A stretch of DNA of 56,958 bases, from the NCBI GenBank assembly GCA_027355945.1, contig DAIEHA010000006.1, forward strand, positions 1 through 56,958, in the 5' to 3' direction. The stretch is from Candidatus Parcubacteria bacterium. GTDB taxonomy: Bacteria; Patescibacteriota; Minisyncoccia; UBA6257; 2-01-FULL-56-20. A program made the translations under genes and the position numbers. The notes under the pieces are model-generated. The model was not told the origin of the DNA, did not search any database, and was given only the letters and a program-made list of their open reading frames with translations. This document shows, piece after piece, positions 9,933-19,731 of this stretch (within the stretch, counting starts at the first letter, position 1; the number at the start of each line of letters is the position of its first letter).

Positions 9933-10937
9933 TCACTGGTCCTCTTCCTTGCGGGCGTGGTCGGTGGCGCGCGCATCCACCTCGTAGGAGGTGTTCTGGG
10001 CCTCGAAGAAATTCACGAGTTCAAGGACGTCGGTCGCGCCGCTCATCCATTTTGCGGGGTTCTTCGCGCCGTAATGGGCGCCGATGCCAAGCTCTTCGAG
10101 GCGCCGGTCGGCGACGTATTGCACGTACTGATTCACATAATCCGCATTGAGTCCGAGGATGCCACGGGGGAAAAGGTCCTTGTTGTAATTCACCTCGAGG
10201 TCCACGCCTTGTACGACGATGTTCTTGATCTCTTCGGCGAACTCGCGCGTGAGGATCTCGGCGTTCTCTTCGAGGATGTTCTGGATGAGATTCATGCCGA
10301 ACTTGAGATGGAGCGATTCGTCCCGAAGCACCCAATTGATGAGCGATCCAAGGTTGCGAAGCTGGTTTCTTTGGCGGAACGAGAGCACCACCATGAAGCC
10401 GCTGTAGAACCAGACGCCCTCCATCACGATGTTCGTTGCGACGAGATTGCGGATGAAGTCCTTCTTGCCCTCCGAGGTCGCTACGTCGAGCGTATCCTCT
10501 GTCATGCGCTTCATATAACGGTTGATGTAATCCTCCTTCGCCCTCATTGAGGGGATGTTCGTGTGAAGGCTGAATGCTTTGTCGCGATCGATGGGGAAGG
10601 TCTCGAGCACATATTCGAAGGCGACGCAGTGGTTCGCCTCCTCCCACATCTGCTTCGCAAGGTAGAGGTGGCACTCGGGAGATTTGAGATACGGATAGAT
10701 GCCGAGCGCGATCGAGCGGTTCACGATGAGTTCTGCGGGATTGAAGAACGAGATGAGGAATTCCACCGCGTGGCGCTCGTCATCCGTCATCTTCTCCCAA
10801 TCGAAGAGATCCTCCTTGAGCGCGATCTCATGGGGGAACCAGGTGTTGCGCACCGCCTGGTTATAGAGGTCGTATGCCCATTGGTAGCGGATGGGGTGGA
10901 TGTTCATGTCCTCGGGGGACGCTTTTCCTATCAGCAT
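9933..10937 (-). CDS. nrdB: Ribonucleotide reductase small subunit R2 with class Ic signature
   Basis: FFNPAE69LIV, E99E100ANH103CVAF107, MEGVWFYSGF, RDESLH, C-terminal NFFE...Y. The ORF-track extension upstream of 10937 overlaps nrdA and is spurious. Confidence 0.93.
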   Translation of the reverse strand: MLIGKASPEDMNIHPIRYQWAYDLYNQAVRNTWFPHEIALKEDLFDWEKMTDDERHAVEFLISFFNPAELIVNRSIALGIYPYLKSPECHLYLAKQMWEEANHCVAFEYVLETFPIDRDKAFSLHTNIPSMRAKEDYINRYMKRMTEDTLDVATSEGKKDFIRNLVATNIVMEGVWFYSGFMVVLSFRQRNQLRNLGSLINWVLRDESLHLKFGMNLIQNILEENAEILTREFAEEIKNIVVQGVDLEVNYNKDLFPRGILGLNADYVNQYVQYVADRRLEELGIGAHYGAKNPAKWMSGATDVLELVNFFEAQNTSYEVDARATDHARKEEDQ

Positions 10938-11007
10938 ATCTATGGTTGTGTTCGTTTGTTGGGAATAGGGGATCTGGGGATATCGTACGAGCGGGGATCG
11001 TGCTCGA

Positions 11008-13644
11008 TCATTGGCAGCTGTCGCAGACGAGATCGGCCTGCGGGTCCGAAGGAGGCATGATACGCGATTCCCTCCGTGTTGCCGGCTGCGGTTCCGTATG
11101 GGAGGGATGCGATTCCGCGGCCTTCGTGCGGAACGCCGCCTCGCGGATCTCCACATCCGGTGTCCCCGTGAATGAGGCGACCGCGGTCGTGGCGATAGCG
11201 GTGGCGGGCGCCACGGCATTCGTTCGTGCGGGAGCCATTGTTTCCGCGGACATCTCCGCCGCGGCGTGCATCACTGCGGCAAAGCCCCGCTTGCCCATCG
11301 CCTCGGCCTTGTTCACGTGCACCGTGCTCTGCTCGGCGGTGTGGCGCGGCTTCATATGGAGGTAATAGGTCGTCTTCACGCCCTTCTCCCATGCCGACAT
11401 GTAGATATCCATGGTCTCCCCGATGTCCCTTGTCTCGAGATACATGTTCCGGGAAAGGGCCTGGTCGATCCACTTCTGGGCCCGCGCTGCGACCTCGATG
11501 AACGCGTAGGGTGACGTGCTGAACGATGTCTTATAGATATCCCGGATGTGCGGGGGTATCTCGCTGATCGCGGTAATGTCCCCTTGCTCTGCGATGATGC
11601 GGTCCTTCACTTTGTCCCATATCCCCAGGTTTTTAAGGTCGTTCGCGAGGTTATGATTGAGATCCATGTATTTTCCCGAGATCTTGTTGCGGGAGAATAC
11701 CTGCGCAAAGCGGGGGTCGATGCCCGGCGTCGTTCCCGCAACGAGGCCGATGTTCGCATTGGGCGCCACGGCCATCAATGTGGCGTTCCGCATGCCCTTT
11801 CTCACCTTTTCCCTGAGTTCGTCCCAGTGGAGTCCTTTATAATGGTGGGATTTGTCCACGGTGAGCTCCTTCCCGCGTTCCGCCTCGAGCCGTTTGATCG
11901 AATCGATGGGGACCATTCCTTTCGACCATCCCGACCCTTTGAAGTTGGGATATGCACCGCGTTCCGCCGCAAGGTTCGCGCTTTCGTCGATAGCCACATA
12001 GCTTACGAACTCGAACATGCGGTCCGCAAAATCCCATGCGTGGGGACTGTCGTAAGCCATGCCGAGCTGTTCAAGCACGTCGGCGAACCCCATCACGCCG
12101 AGGCCTATGGCCCGGTTCTCTTTATCGGCATGTTCCGCTTCGGCGATGGGGAGCTGATTGATGTCGATCAGATCGTCCAGCTGGCGCACCGCATAGCGGA
12201 TGCTTTCCTCGAGCCGTTCCCAGTCCACCTGCTTATGGTGCACATGGGCCGCAAGATTGAGGGATGCGAGATTGCAGACGGCGATATTCTCCCGGTCCTG
12301 CGGAAGGCATATCTCCGTGCAGAGGTTCGACATATGGATCGTGCCCGTGTTGTTGTTGAGCGCCCGAAGATTGATGGGGTCCTTCCAGGTGAGCCATGGG
12401 TGCGAAGTGGTCTGGAGCGCCACGAGGATCTGGCGGAACTGCTCTTCCGCCGGGACCTTCTTGAATACGCGGAGCTCGCCGCGCTCCGCTTTTTCGATGT
12501 ATTCCGCATAGCGTTTACTGAACGCTTTGCCGTAAAGTTCCACGAGGTCCGGCGTCTCCTTGGGGTCGAACATATACCAGATCCCGCCCTCCTTCACCCT
12601 GCGCATGAACTCATCGGTCATGAATACAGCGGTGTCCGCCGTGCGCATGCGCATATAGTCGTCTCCCGCATTGTGCTTCCAATCTATGAACTCCGGGAAA
12701 TCGAGATGCCAGTTCTCCATATAGAAACAGAGCGCCCCCTTCTTCTTCCCTCCGCGCTGGATCGCGCGGATGGCAGTATCGATTATTTTCGCAAACGGGG
12801 TTGGGCCGCTCGAGGGGGTGTTGTTCGAGGAGAGGGGAGAGCCCGTGGCCCGCAGCTTCGTCACCGATGCGCCTATGCCTCCGGAGGCTTTGGAGAGCAT
12901 CATGACGTCCGCGACCGATTTTGCGATGTGCGCCATATCGTCCTCGATCTGCATGAGGAAACAGTTTGAAAGCGAGGGGCGCGTGGTCCCGGCCCCGATA
13001 TTCGTCGAGCCTCCGGAAATATACTCATGGCGCGACATTTTCTCGTAAAAGCGCTTTGCCCAAAGGGAGGGATCTTTCTCGTTGAATGCGAGGCCCATTG
13101 CGACGCGCATGAAGAAATACTGGGGTGTTTCGTACGCCTCTTCGTTCTTGTCCTTGATCGCATAGCGATGGAGGAGCGTATCGAGGCCGCTGTAGAGGAA
13201 TATCTCATCTCGTGCGATATCGAGCGCGCCTGCGAGCGCTTTCAGGTCGAACGTGCCGAGCATGCGGGCATCAAGAAGGCCCTCTTCCACACCTTTTTTG
13301 ACCCAGCCCGGGAACATATCCCGATGTTTTTTACGGAGCACCTCCTCATCGTTATCGTATTCGCCGATCACGCGGCGATATACGGTCTTCAAAAGCAGCC
13401 GAACCGCCACCTTATCGTATTCGATATCCTCTTTTATATTCTGCACCGCGGCATTGATCGTTGCCCGGTCCATCTCTTCCGTGGTGATGCCATCGTAGAG
13501 GGTGAGGCGCGTTTCCGTGGCGATCTGCGTGACCATGCTGATGGGATCCTGGAGCCCTTGGCATGCGCGTTCGATCGAACGATTGATCTTGTCGGCATTG
13601 AACGGCTCCCGCGTGCCGTCCCGTTTGGTGATGGTGAGTTCCAT
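11008..13644 (-). CDS. nrdA: Ribonucleotide reductase large subunit (class I alpha) with N-terminal ATP cone
   Basis: ATP cone ITKRDGTREPFNADKI; SNCF; SNLCTEI (thiyl Cys); APNANI; KTTYYL; C-terminal CDSCQ. Confidence 0.95.
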   Translation of the reverse strand: MELTITKRDGTREPFNADKINRSIERACQGLQDPISMVTQIATETRLTLYDGITTEEMDRATINAAVQNIKEDIEYDKVAVRLLLKTVYRRVIGEYDNDEEVLRKKHRDMFPGWVKKGVEEGLLDARMLGTFDLKALAGALDIARDEIFLYSGLDTLLHRYAIKDKNEEAYETPQYFFMRVAMGLAFNEKDPSLWAKRFYEKMSRHEYISGGSTNIGAGTTRPSLSNCFLMQIEDDMAHIAKSVADVMMLSKASGGIGASVTKLRATGSPLSSNNTPSSGPTPFAKIIDTAIRAIQRGGKKKGALCFYMENWHLDFPEFIDWKHNAGDDYMRMRTADTAVFMTDEFMRRVKEGGIWYMFDPKETPDLVELYGKAFSKRYAEYIEKAERGELRVFKKVPAEEQFRQILVALQTTSHPWLTWKDPINLRALNNNTGTIHMSNLCTEICLPQDRENIAVCNLASLNLAAHVHHKQVDWERLEESIRYAVRQLDDLIDINQLPIAEAEHADKENRAIGLGVMGFADVLEQLGMAYDSPHAWDFADRMFEFVSYVAIDESANLAAERGAYPNFKGSGWSKGMVPIDSIKRLEAERGKELTVDKSHHYKGLHWDELREKVRKGMRNATLMAVAPNANIGLVAGTTPGIDPRFAQVFSRNKISGKYMDLNHNLANDLKNLGIWDKVKDRIIAEQGDITAISEIPPHIRDIYKTSFSTSPYAFIEVAARAQKWIDQALSRNMYLETRDIGETMDIYMSAWEKGVKTTYYLHMKPRHTAEQSTVHVNKAEAMGKRGFAAVMHAAAEMSAETMAPARTNAVAPATAIATTAVASFTGTPDVEIREAAFRTKAAESHPSHTEPQPATRRESRIMPPSDPQADLVCDSCQ

Positions 13645-13692
13645 GGAATGGGAAGATGGTTTTTTTGTTCGTCCGACCTATGTGGGAAAATC

Positions 13693-13701
13693 ATTGTAGC
13701 A
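13693..13701 (-). promoter_or_regulatory. Extended -10 element of the nrdA promoter
   Basis: Reverse complement reads TGcTACAAT, about 50 nt upstream of the nrdA ATG. Confidence 0.55.
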
Positions 13702-13728
13702 CCCACCCTCCTTAGATGAGGCCGTCCA

Positions 13729-13737
13729 TGTGGATAA
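13729..13737 (-). promoter_or_regulatory. Perfect DnaA box (TTATCCACA)
   Basis: Plus strand reads TGTGGATAA, just upstream of the nrdA promoter; 1-mismatch copy TGTGGATAC at 14057-14065. Confidence 0.65.
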
Positions 13738-14206
13738 TGGCTCGACAGGTTCCCCGAAATATTTTTTCGCGGTCGTCTGTTTTTGCCCCTAGGACAACGA
13801 GGTCGATAACGGAGTCGCAGCGAACGATCCTTGGAAGATATTCCTTCGTCCGTTGGTCCACATGACCTTAAAAATCGACGTCTTTTTTGTCGTCGTTTCA
13901 AAAAATAAATGACAATAGTTATAAATTATTTTGTAATATTCATTACGTGACTCTTTTTTTGATTCTTTCTTTGAAAGAACCCTTAGGAAGAAAAATCTGC
14001 CCAGTGACGGGGCTTTAGAACGATCCTGAGTAAAATTCGCAATCGTTATCCTCGTGTGTGGATACGTGGTCCTTTCGCGATCCTCATTTTTTTGGATCTA
14101 CGCCCTCTTGACGGATTTCGGAAAGATCACAAGGATGGCATGTGATGCGATGGTGCGATGTCCCTCCTTAAGCTTTTGTTTATGATGTCCATGCTACGCT
14201 TCCGGC

Positions 14207-16054
14207 ATGGAATTCGTGAAGCGGCATAGGAATAGTGCGGCAATCGGTATCGTAGTAGTCGTGTTATTTGCCGCATTCTTTCTTTTCTTCTTTCGCAGAC
14301 ATCCTACTGCGTTTGCCGGTTTGCCGGATCATGCCATCTCGCGTTTGGAGGTATTGCCGGCTGATGCTGCACGCGGCACGGAATCCGGGAGTGCCGACGA
14401 TCCTTTCAAGGGATCCGATATCCTTGGAAATGCGTCTTCCGATGAGGCAATGCCCTCTTTTGCCGTAAATGGGCTTGATGCGATTTCTCAGTTTGCCGCT
14501 TCCGATGTTTTGCCGGTCTCTCCTCATGCATCTTCGGGACCCGATTCCGGATTATCATCGATTGCCGCAGTACCTCCTCCATATCCCAATATCTCTGTAT
14601 CCGATCTTTCGGCTGGTGCATCCTCTTCTTCTCTCTTGTCCTCCTCCTCCCTTCCCGCCGAGGTTCATCTATGTCCATTCCCGTACGCATCGTCCTCGAT
14701 CCCTTCATCCTCGAGACCCGTGATCATAAATGAGGTCGCATGGATGGGTTCTCCCTCTTCTTCGTTGCGGAGCGGTCTTGTTTCCGGCAACGCGGAATGG
14801 ATCGAATTGAAGAACGTCTCAATGGGAGCCATTTCACTTGAGGGATGGAGTTTCCTCGATGCGGCAGGAAAGATGCGGATTCCTATGCCGGACGATGCCT
14901 ATCTCGATTCCGGTGGGTTCCTCCTTCTTGTACGCGGAAGCACCACCTTTCCATATTCACGCGCACGGGAGGTTCCTTATACGGGTATTTTGAGAAATTC
15001 CGGCGATGACCTTGCGCTTATGGATCCTTCCTGTGCGGCCTCCGATCGTGTCTTTGCCGGTGATGGTTGGCCTGCGGGAGATGCCGCGGCGAAGCACACG
15101 ATGGAACGTGATGCCGATGGGACATCTTGGCATACGAGCGTAGGGATCGGAGGGACGCCAGGAGGAGAGAATTCCGTTTCGATGGAGCATGTGTATTACG
15201 AGGCTGTGATCCATCTTGCTGGCTCCGGCGGTGCATCAATAGCGAGCGATCCTTCGGGAATCGCATGCAATGACGGAGTTCGATGCATCGGTTCGTATCC
15301 AGCAGGAACCAAAGTGAAACTCAAGGCGTTACCCGCCCCGGGCACCTTGTTCGGAGGATGGTCTGGTGCGTGTTTCGGCATCGGTTCATGCAGTTTTATG
15401 GTTGTGGGACCTACTGATATCACTGCCTCTTTCCACTATCCTGAATCTCCCTCTTCATCCGAAGCCGGTGATATATCCTTGCATTCTTTGTCCCATTCTT
15501 CCTCTTCTTCGGTCCCCGGCGAGGCCATCATCGCCGATCCATCGCGTTCCGCGTCCTCATCCTCATCATCGCCTTCCGGGACATTTTCAGGGCGTATTTC
15601 CATTGCTGCGGTGCAGATTGCAGGGGAAAGATCCTCGGATGATTTCGTAAAGATCTACAACGCATCAGGATCCGCCATCGATCTTGGAGGGTGGAAGTTG
15701 AAAAAGCGGTCATCCACGGGTGCAGAATACTCCCTTCGCACCTTTCCCGAAGGGACCTCCATTGCTTCCCACACCTATTTTATATGGGCCAATTCCGAGA
15801 ATGGCTTTTCTGCATCCCTTGCCGCCGATTCCTCGAGCACGGAGACGATTTCTGCTGATAACAGCATCGCCTTGCTCGATCCCGAGGGGAAGGTGGCAGA
15901 TGCTCTTGCGTGGGGTTCGGGAAAGGGACAATTCGGGGAAGGGAACCCGTTTCCTTCAAATCCGGGACCCGGTCAAGTCCTTTCCCGCATATTTTCAGAT
16001 CCGAGCGGACCGGTCGATACGGGCGATAATGCAAACGATTTCCTGCTTCATTGA
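14207..16054 (+). CDS. Membrane-anchored protein with two lamin-tail domains and an InlB B-repeat-like domain
   Basis: N-terminal TM; LTD1 VIINEVAWMG...EWIELKN...ISLEGWSF; LTD2 ISIAAVQIAG...DDFVKIYN...IDLGGWKL...DTGDNANDF; B-repeat-like SDPSGIAC...YPAGTKVKLKALPAPGTLFGGWSGAC. Confidence 0.8.
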   Translation: MEFVKRHRNSAAIGIVVVVLFAAFFLFFFRRHPTAFAGLPDHAISRLEVLPADAARGTESGSADDPFKGSDILGNASSDEAMPSFAVNGLDAISQFAASDVLPVSPHASSGPDSGLSSIAAVPPPYPNISVSDLSAGASSSSLLSSSSLPAEVHLCPFPYASSSIPSSSRPVIINEVAWMGSPSSSLRSGLVSGNAEWIELKNVSMGAISLEGWSFLDAAGKMRIPMPDDAYLDSGGFLLLVRGSTTFPYSRAREVPYTGILRNSGDDLALMDPSCAASDRVFAGDGWPAGDAAAKHTMERDADGTSWHTSVGIGGTPGGENSVSMEHVYYEAVIHLAGSGGASIASDPSGIACNDGVRCIGSYPAGTKVKLKALPAPGTLFGGWSGACFGIGSCSFMVVGPTDITASFHYPESPSSSEAGDISLHSLSHSSSSSVPGEAIIADPSRSASSSSSSPSGTFSGRISIAAVQIAGERSSDDFVKIYNASGSAIDLGGWKLKKRSSTGAEYSLRTFPEGTSIASHTYFIWANSENGFSASLAADSSSTETISADNSIALLDPEGKVADALAWGSGKGQFGEGNPFPSNPGPGQVLSRIFSDPSGPVDTGDNANDFLLH

Positions 16055-16069
16055 TATCCATCCCTACCC

Positions 16070-16519
16070 ATGAATGACGATAAACAGAATCTCCGTTTCC
16101 GTGCCGCGAACATTCTTGTTGCGGGGGTGGGGATGCTTATTGTTGCGTACGCCGCGTTTTATGCCTATCACATGCTTCTTTATCGTGCCGATGCGGCGCC
16201 AAAAAGCATAACCCTTCCTGCCGCGGATGCTGCGCCAACGTCTATGGACGGCGGTGTCGGTCTTATGGCGTCCTCATCCCACGATGCAAATGCCCCATTT
16301 CCAGCCGCTGCTCATTTGGCGGATTCCGTTTCGGAGCCGGCATCCTCCTCTGCATCCGTAGCCGCATCAATGACAGCCGTTTCTACGTCCAGATCCTTGT
16401 CCACATCCTCCTCCGAGGCGTTTTTTGATGCCGTATCGTCTTCTTTTTCGGCCTCTTCCACTTTGGCCTCTTCCACGCTCACGACCGAAGATATTTCCGC
16501 AGAACCGTATTGCCCTTGA
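16070..16519 (+). CDS. Hypothetical single-TM Ser/Ala-rich protein
   Basis: TM ILVAGVGMLIVAYAAFYAYHML followed by a Ser-rich tail; operon-like spacing after the LTD gene. Confidence 0.55.
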   Translation: MNDDKQNLRFRAANILVAGVGMLIVAYAAFYAYHMLLYRADAAPKSITLPAADAAPTSMDGGVGLMASSSHDANAPFPAAAHLADSVSEPASSSASVAASMTAVSTSRSLSTSSSEAFFDAVSSSFSASSTLASSTLTTEDISAEPYCP

Positions 16520-16587
16520 TCCGTCTCCCGTGAATTCGGCAGAACGGCGATTCTGACTTCGCGGAGGTTGGGGTATAATGAATGGCA

Positions 16588-17175
16588 ATGAGAGGAAACC
16601 ATATGGTCATTTTTATCATTGCTTTTATCATCGCGGTGGTTGGTGGATCGGTGGCATGGCACTATCTTTTAGGCGTTCCCAATCCGCCCCTTCCTTTGGC
16701 TCAAGTAGTTATCGGCGCCTCAGGATCTTCCTCTACGGCGGCTCAGGCTGCAGATTCCACGTCAACCGACGTCGTGAACCCCGTACTTCCCAAGGAAAGC
16801 CTTTCCATCGATGGGGCGACATGGACCGTGGAGATGGCGACAACCACCGTCGAGCAGGCCCGCGGCCTTTCGTATAGGACGAGCCTTGCCCCTGGAACGG
16901 GCATGCTGTTCATGTTTCCGACGCCTGGAGTGCAGAATTTCTGGATGAAAGACATGAATTTCCCTCTTGATATGATCTGGATCGCGCAAAATGGGACCGT
17001 TGCCGGATTCACCGAGAACATTCCTGCTCCTGCGCCCGGTACCGCGCTTTGGAATCTTAAGATCTACACCTCTCCCGCCGGAGTGAGTCAAGTATTGGAG
17101 GTGAACGCAGGTTCGGTCGCACGCTACCGCATAAAGACGGGGGATAACGTGACGCTCTCGCCCCTTGCGTCATGA
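16588..17175 (+). CDS. DUF192-family exported protein
   Basis: VEMATTTVEQARGLSYR, GMLFMF, FWMKDMNFPLDMIWI, VLEVNAG; N-terminal TM; TATAAT at 16574-16579. Confidence 0.88.
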   Translation: MRGNHMVIFIIAFIIAVVGGSVAWHYLLGVPNPPLPLAQVVIGASGSSSTAAQAADSTSTDVVNPVLPKESLSIDGATWTVEMATTTVEQARGLSYRTSLAPGTGMLFMFPTPGVQNFWMKDMNFPLDMIWIAQNGTVAGFTENIPAPAPGTALWNLKIYTSPAGVSQVLEVNAGSVARYRIKTGDNVTLSPLAS

Positions 17176-17245
17176 TCGAAATTGTCCCTCCTCAAGGTTT
17201 CGTCCTATAATGAATTGAAATAAAATTAACCCCATTCAAACGATC

Positions 17246-18280
17246 ATGGCAGCAACGGCACGTGTGGCGATCAACGGATTCGGACGGATAGGCCGTCTTA
17301 TCTTCAAAGAGGCATTCGAACGGCAAGGGCTTGAGGTGGTGGCCATCAACGATCTCGGGAATGTCGACAATCTTGCATATCTTCTCAAATATGATTCCGT
17401 GTACGGACGTTATGCCAAGGATGTGCGTGCCGATGCTGAACATGGAAAGCTCATCGTGGACGGCAAGGAGATCGCATTCCTTCAGGTAAAGGACCCGACC
17501 CAGCTTCCCTGGAAGGACCTCAATGTGGATATCGTGGTCGAATCCACGGGCCTTTTCGATGAATATGAGAAAGCCAAGGTGCATCTTGATGCAGGGGCGA
17601 AAAGGGTGGTCATCACCGCTCCGGCAAAGGATGCGGATGGTGCGATAGGGCAGACGGTGCTCATTGGCGTGAATGAAGAGAACCTCAAGATATGTGCGAT
17701 CAGTTCGAACGGATCTTGTACGACGAATTCCGCGTCGCCGGTGATGCAGATATTGAGCGAGAACCCGGGCATCGTAAAAGCGTCGCTTTCCACCGTGCAT
17801 GCGTACACCTCGACCCAGGCGCTCGTCGATGGGCCGATTCGCACGGGACATGATTTTCGCAAAGGGCGCGCGGCTGCGCACAACACCGTTCCGGAGACCA
17901 CGGGGGCGGCGATCAGCGTTGCGAGGGCCATCCCTTCGCTTGCGGGGAAATTCGATGGAGTATCGTTCCGTGTGCCGAATATCACAGGATCGATCTCCGA
18001 TATCACGTTCATCGCCAAGCGGCCGACCACGGTCGAGGAGATCAACCAGATCCTCACCGATGCCGCGAATTCCCCGCGCTGGCAGGGGATACTCAAAGTG
18101 ACGCGCGATCAGATCGTTTCATCGGACATCGTGGGAGAGAAATATGGTGCCACTGTGTCGCTTGACCTCACCAAGGTCATCGATGGCGATATGGTGAAGG
18201 TGTTCTCCTGGTACGACAACGAAGCAGGGTATGTTTCGACCCTGATCCAGCACGTGGAGAAGGCTGCCGCACTCATTTAA
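17246..18280 (+). CDS. gap: Type I glyceraldehyde-3-phosphate dehydrogenase
   Basis: VAINGFGRIGR, VESTG, catalytic NGSCTTN, SWYDNE. Confidence 0.97.
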   Translation: MAATARVAINGFGRIGRLIFKEAFERQGLEVVAINDLGNVDNLAYLLKYDSVYGRYAKDVRADAEHGKLIVDGKEIAFLQVKDPTQLPWKDLNVDIVVESTGLFDEYEKAKVHLDAGAKRVVITAPAKDADGAIGQTVLIGVNEENLKICAISSNGSCTTNSASPVMQILSENPGIVKASLSTVHAYTSTQALVDGPIRTGHDFRKGRAAAHNTVPETTGAAISVARAIPSLAGKFDGVSFRVPNITGSISDITFIAKRPTTVEEINQILTDAANSPRWQGILKVTRDQIVSSDIVGEKYGATVSLDLTKVIDGDMVKVFSWYDNEAGYVSTLIQHVEKAAALI

Positions 18281-18427
18281 ATAGGGCCTTTTTCGCTCCT
18301 AACCTGAATTTCGGGTTGTAGGCCTCCTTTGTAACACTTCGAGGGGGATACGCGTTCAATCTAAAGAAGATCGGTCGATCGTTGCGTCATAACGTTAAAA
18401 GATCAGAATAAACCAATAAAACACTAT

Positions 18428-19642
18428 ATGAATACACGAACATTGCAGAAAGCGCTTTGGGGCGCGCTTGCAGCAGGAACGTTCGCAGTTGCGGCGATGG
18501 CTCTCATGACCCATGCGGCGACGGTTCCCGCGGTTTCATGCTCCGGGGTTGTTTCAGGGAATCAGGTAACCTGGACCGCCACCTCGACGGGAGGTGTCGC
18601 ACCGTACGCTTACCTTTGGTCGGGAAGTGGTATTGCAACCGGGACCACCAGTACGTCCTTCACTGTGACGTATCCGGCAAATGCCATCTATTCAGCGATG
18701 GTGCAGGTGACGGACGCATCATCCTCCGTGGCGACCTCAAGCTGCGCAGCGACGATCTCGTCCTATCCGGCAATCTCCACGGGGACCCTTGCCGTCTCAT
18801 TTTCGGTCAATAACACTGCGGGAGGTTCCGCGATCCCGTCCAGCTTCACCGTGAACGTTTCCGGTGCGGGCGCGAATCCTTCTTCGTTCCCGGGAAATGC
18901 ATCCGGTACGTCGGTCGCGGTGGGCGCAAGCACGACCTATGCGATCACCGTTTCCCAGCTCTCTGGCTATTCCGCGAACATGACGGGAATCTGCACGGGT
19001 CCTCTCGCGGCCGGTGCTTCCGGCGCGTGTGCGATCACGGAGACGTACGTCCCTTCGACCGTGACGACGACCACGACCCCTCCGCTTCCGCGGGTCTATA
19101 AGCCCGAGCTTACGATCAACGGCGATGGACGGTTCCTCGTCCACGGGATGATCGTGACAAGCGTCGCTACGGGTTCTTTTGAGGGCACCGTATGGGGGAT
19201 CAACTATACCGTCAATTGGTCCGGCAGCCTTTATCCGGAATTCTATTTCCGCGATGGCAATGGTGGCAATACCGCAACGAATCCCGTGACCCAATTGCAG
19301 GTAGGCGATGAGGTGGGTGTCTCGGGCGTCGTCTCACCTTCGAATCCCTTGGTCGTGCAGGCGAACGTCGTGCGTGATTACAGCATCATGGCGCTTCGTC
19401 CCGGCAGGCGCGAAGGGCAGTTCGGAAGCCCGTTCTACAATGGCGAAGGGAACGGCGGCAGGAACTTCCTTGGTATCCCGACCGTGAGCGGCAACGCTAC
19501 CACGACGGGAACCTCTTCGATCGAAGATCTCAATGCCCGCCTTCAGCAGCTGCTCACTCAGTTCCATGATCTTCAGAACATGGTCCAGAACCACGGCAAC
19601 GGCAATGGGCATAACAACGGCAACGGACACGGCGGACGTTAA
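18428..19642 (+). CDS. Secreted modular protein (PKD-like, prealbumin-like and DUF5666-like segments, C-terminal heptad)
   Basis: Signal peptide; TGGVAPYAYLWSG...Y.AMVQVTDAS (PKD-like); LQVGDEVGVSG...VVQANVVRD; IEDLNARLQQLLTQFHDLQ; (HGNGN)-like tail. Confidence 0.65.
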   Translation: MNTRTLQKALWGALAAGTFAVAAMALMTHAATVPAVSCSGVVSGNQVTWTATSTGGVAPYAYLWSGSGIATGTTSTSFTVTYPANAIYSAMVQVTDASSSVATSSCAATISSYPAISTGTLAVSFSVNNTAGGSAIPSSFTVNVSGAGANPSSFPGNASGTSVAVGASTTYAITVSQLSGYSANMTGICTGPLAAGASGACAITETYVPSTVTTTTTPPLPRVYKPELTINGDGRFLVHGMIVTSVATGSFEGTVWGINYTVNWSGSLYPEFYFRDGNGGNTATNPVTQLQVGDEVGVSGVVSPSNPLVVQANVVRDYSIMALRPGRREGQFGSPFYNGEGNGGRNFLGIPTVSGNATTTGTSSIEDLNARLQQLLTQFHDLQNMVQNHGNGNGHNNGNGHGGR

Positions 19643-19666
19643 TTACGGCGCGTGACATGGCCTGTG

Positions 19667-19704
19667 TGCAATGCAAAAGCCCCGAAAGGGGCTTTTGCAT
19701 TGCA
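19667..19704. terminator. 17-bp perfect hairpin with GAAA loop
   Basis: TGCAATGCAAAAGCCCC-GAAA-GGGGCTTTTGCATTGCA. Confidence 0.75.
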
Positions 19705-19731
19705 TATATCGCATCAGTGCATATTTTGTGT

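Noticed and set aside
13745-13775. NrdR box upstream of nrdA (CCCCGAAATATTTTTTCG)
   Set aside because: Poor match to the NrdR consensus and no tandem second box is visible.
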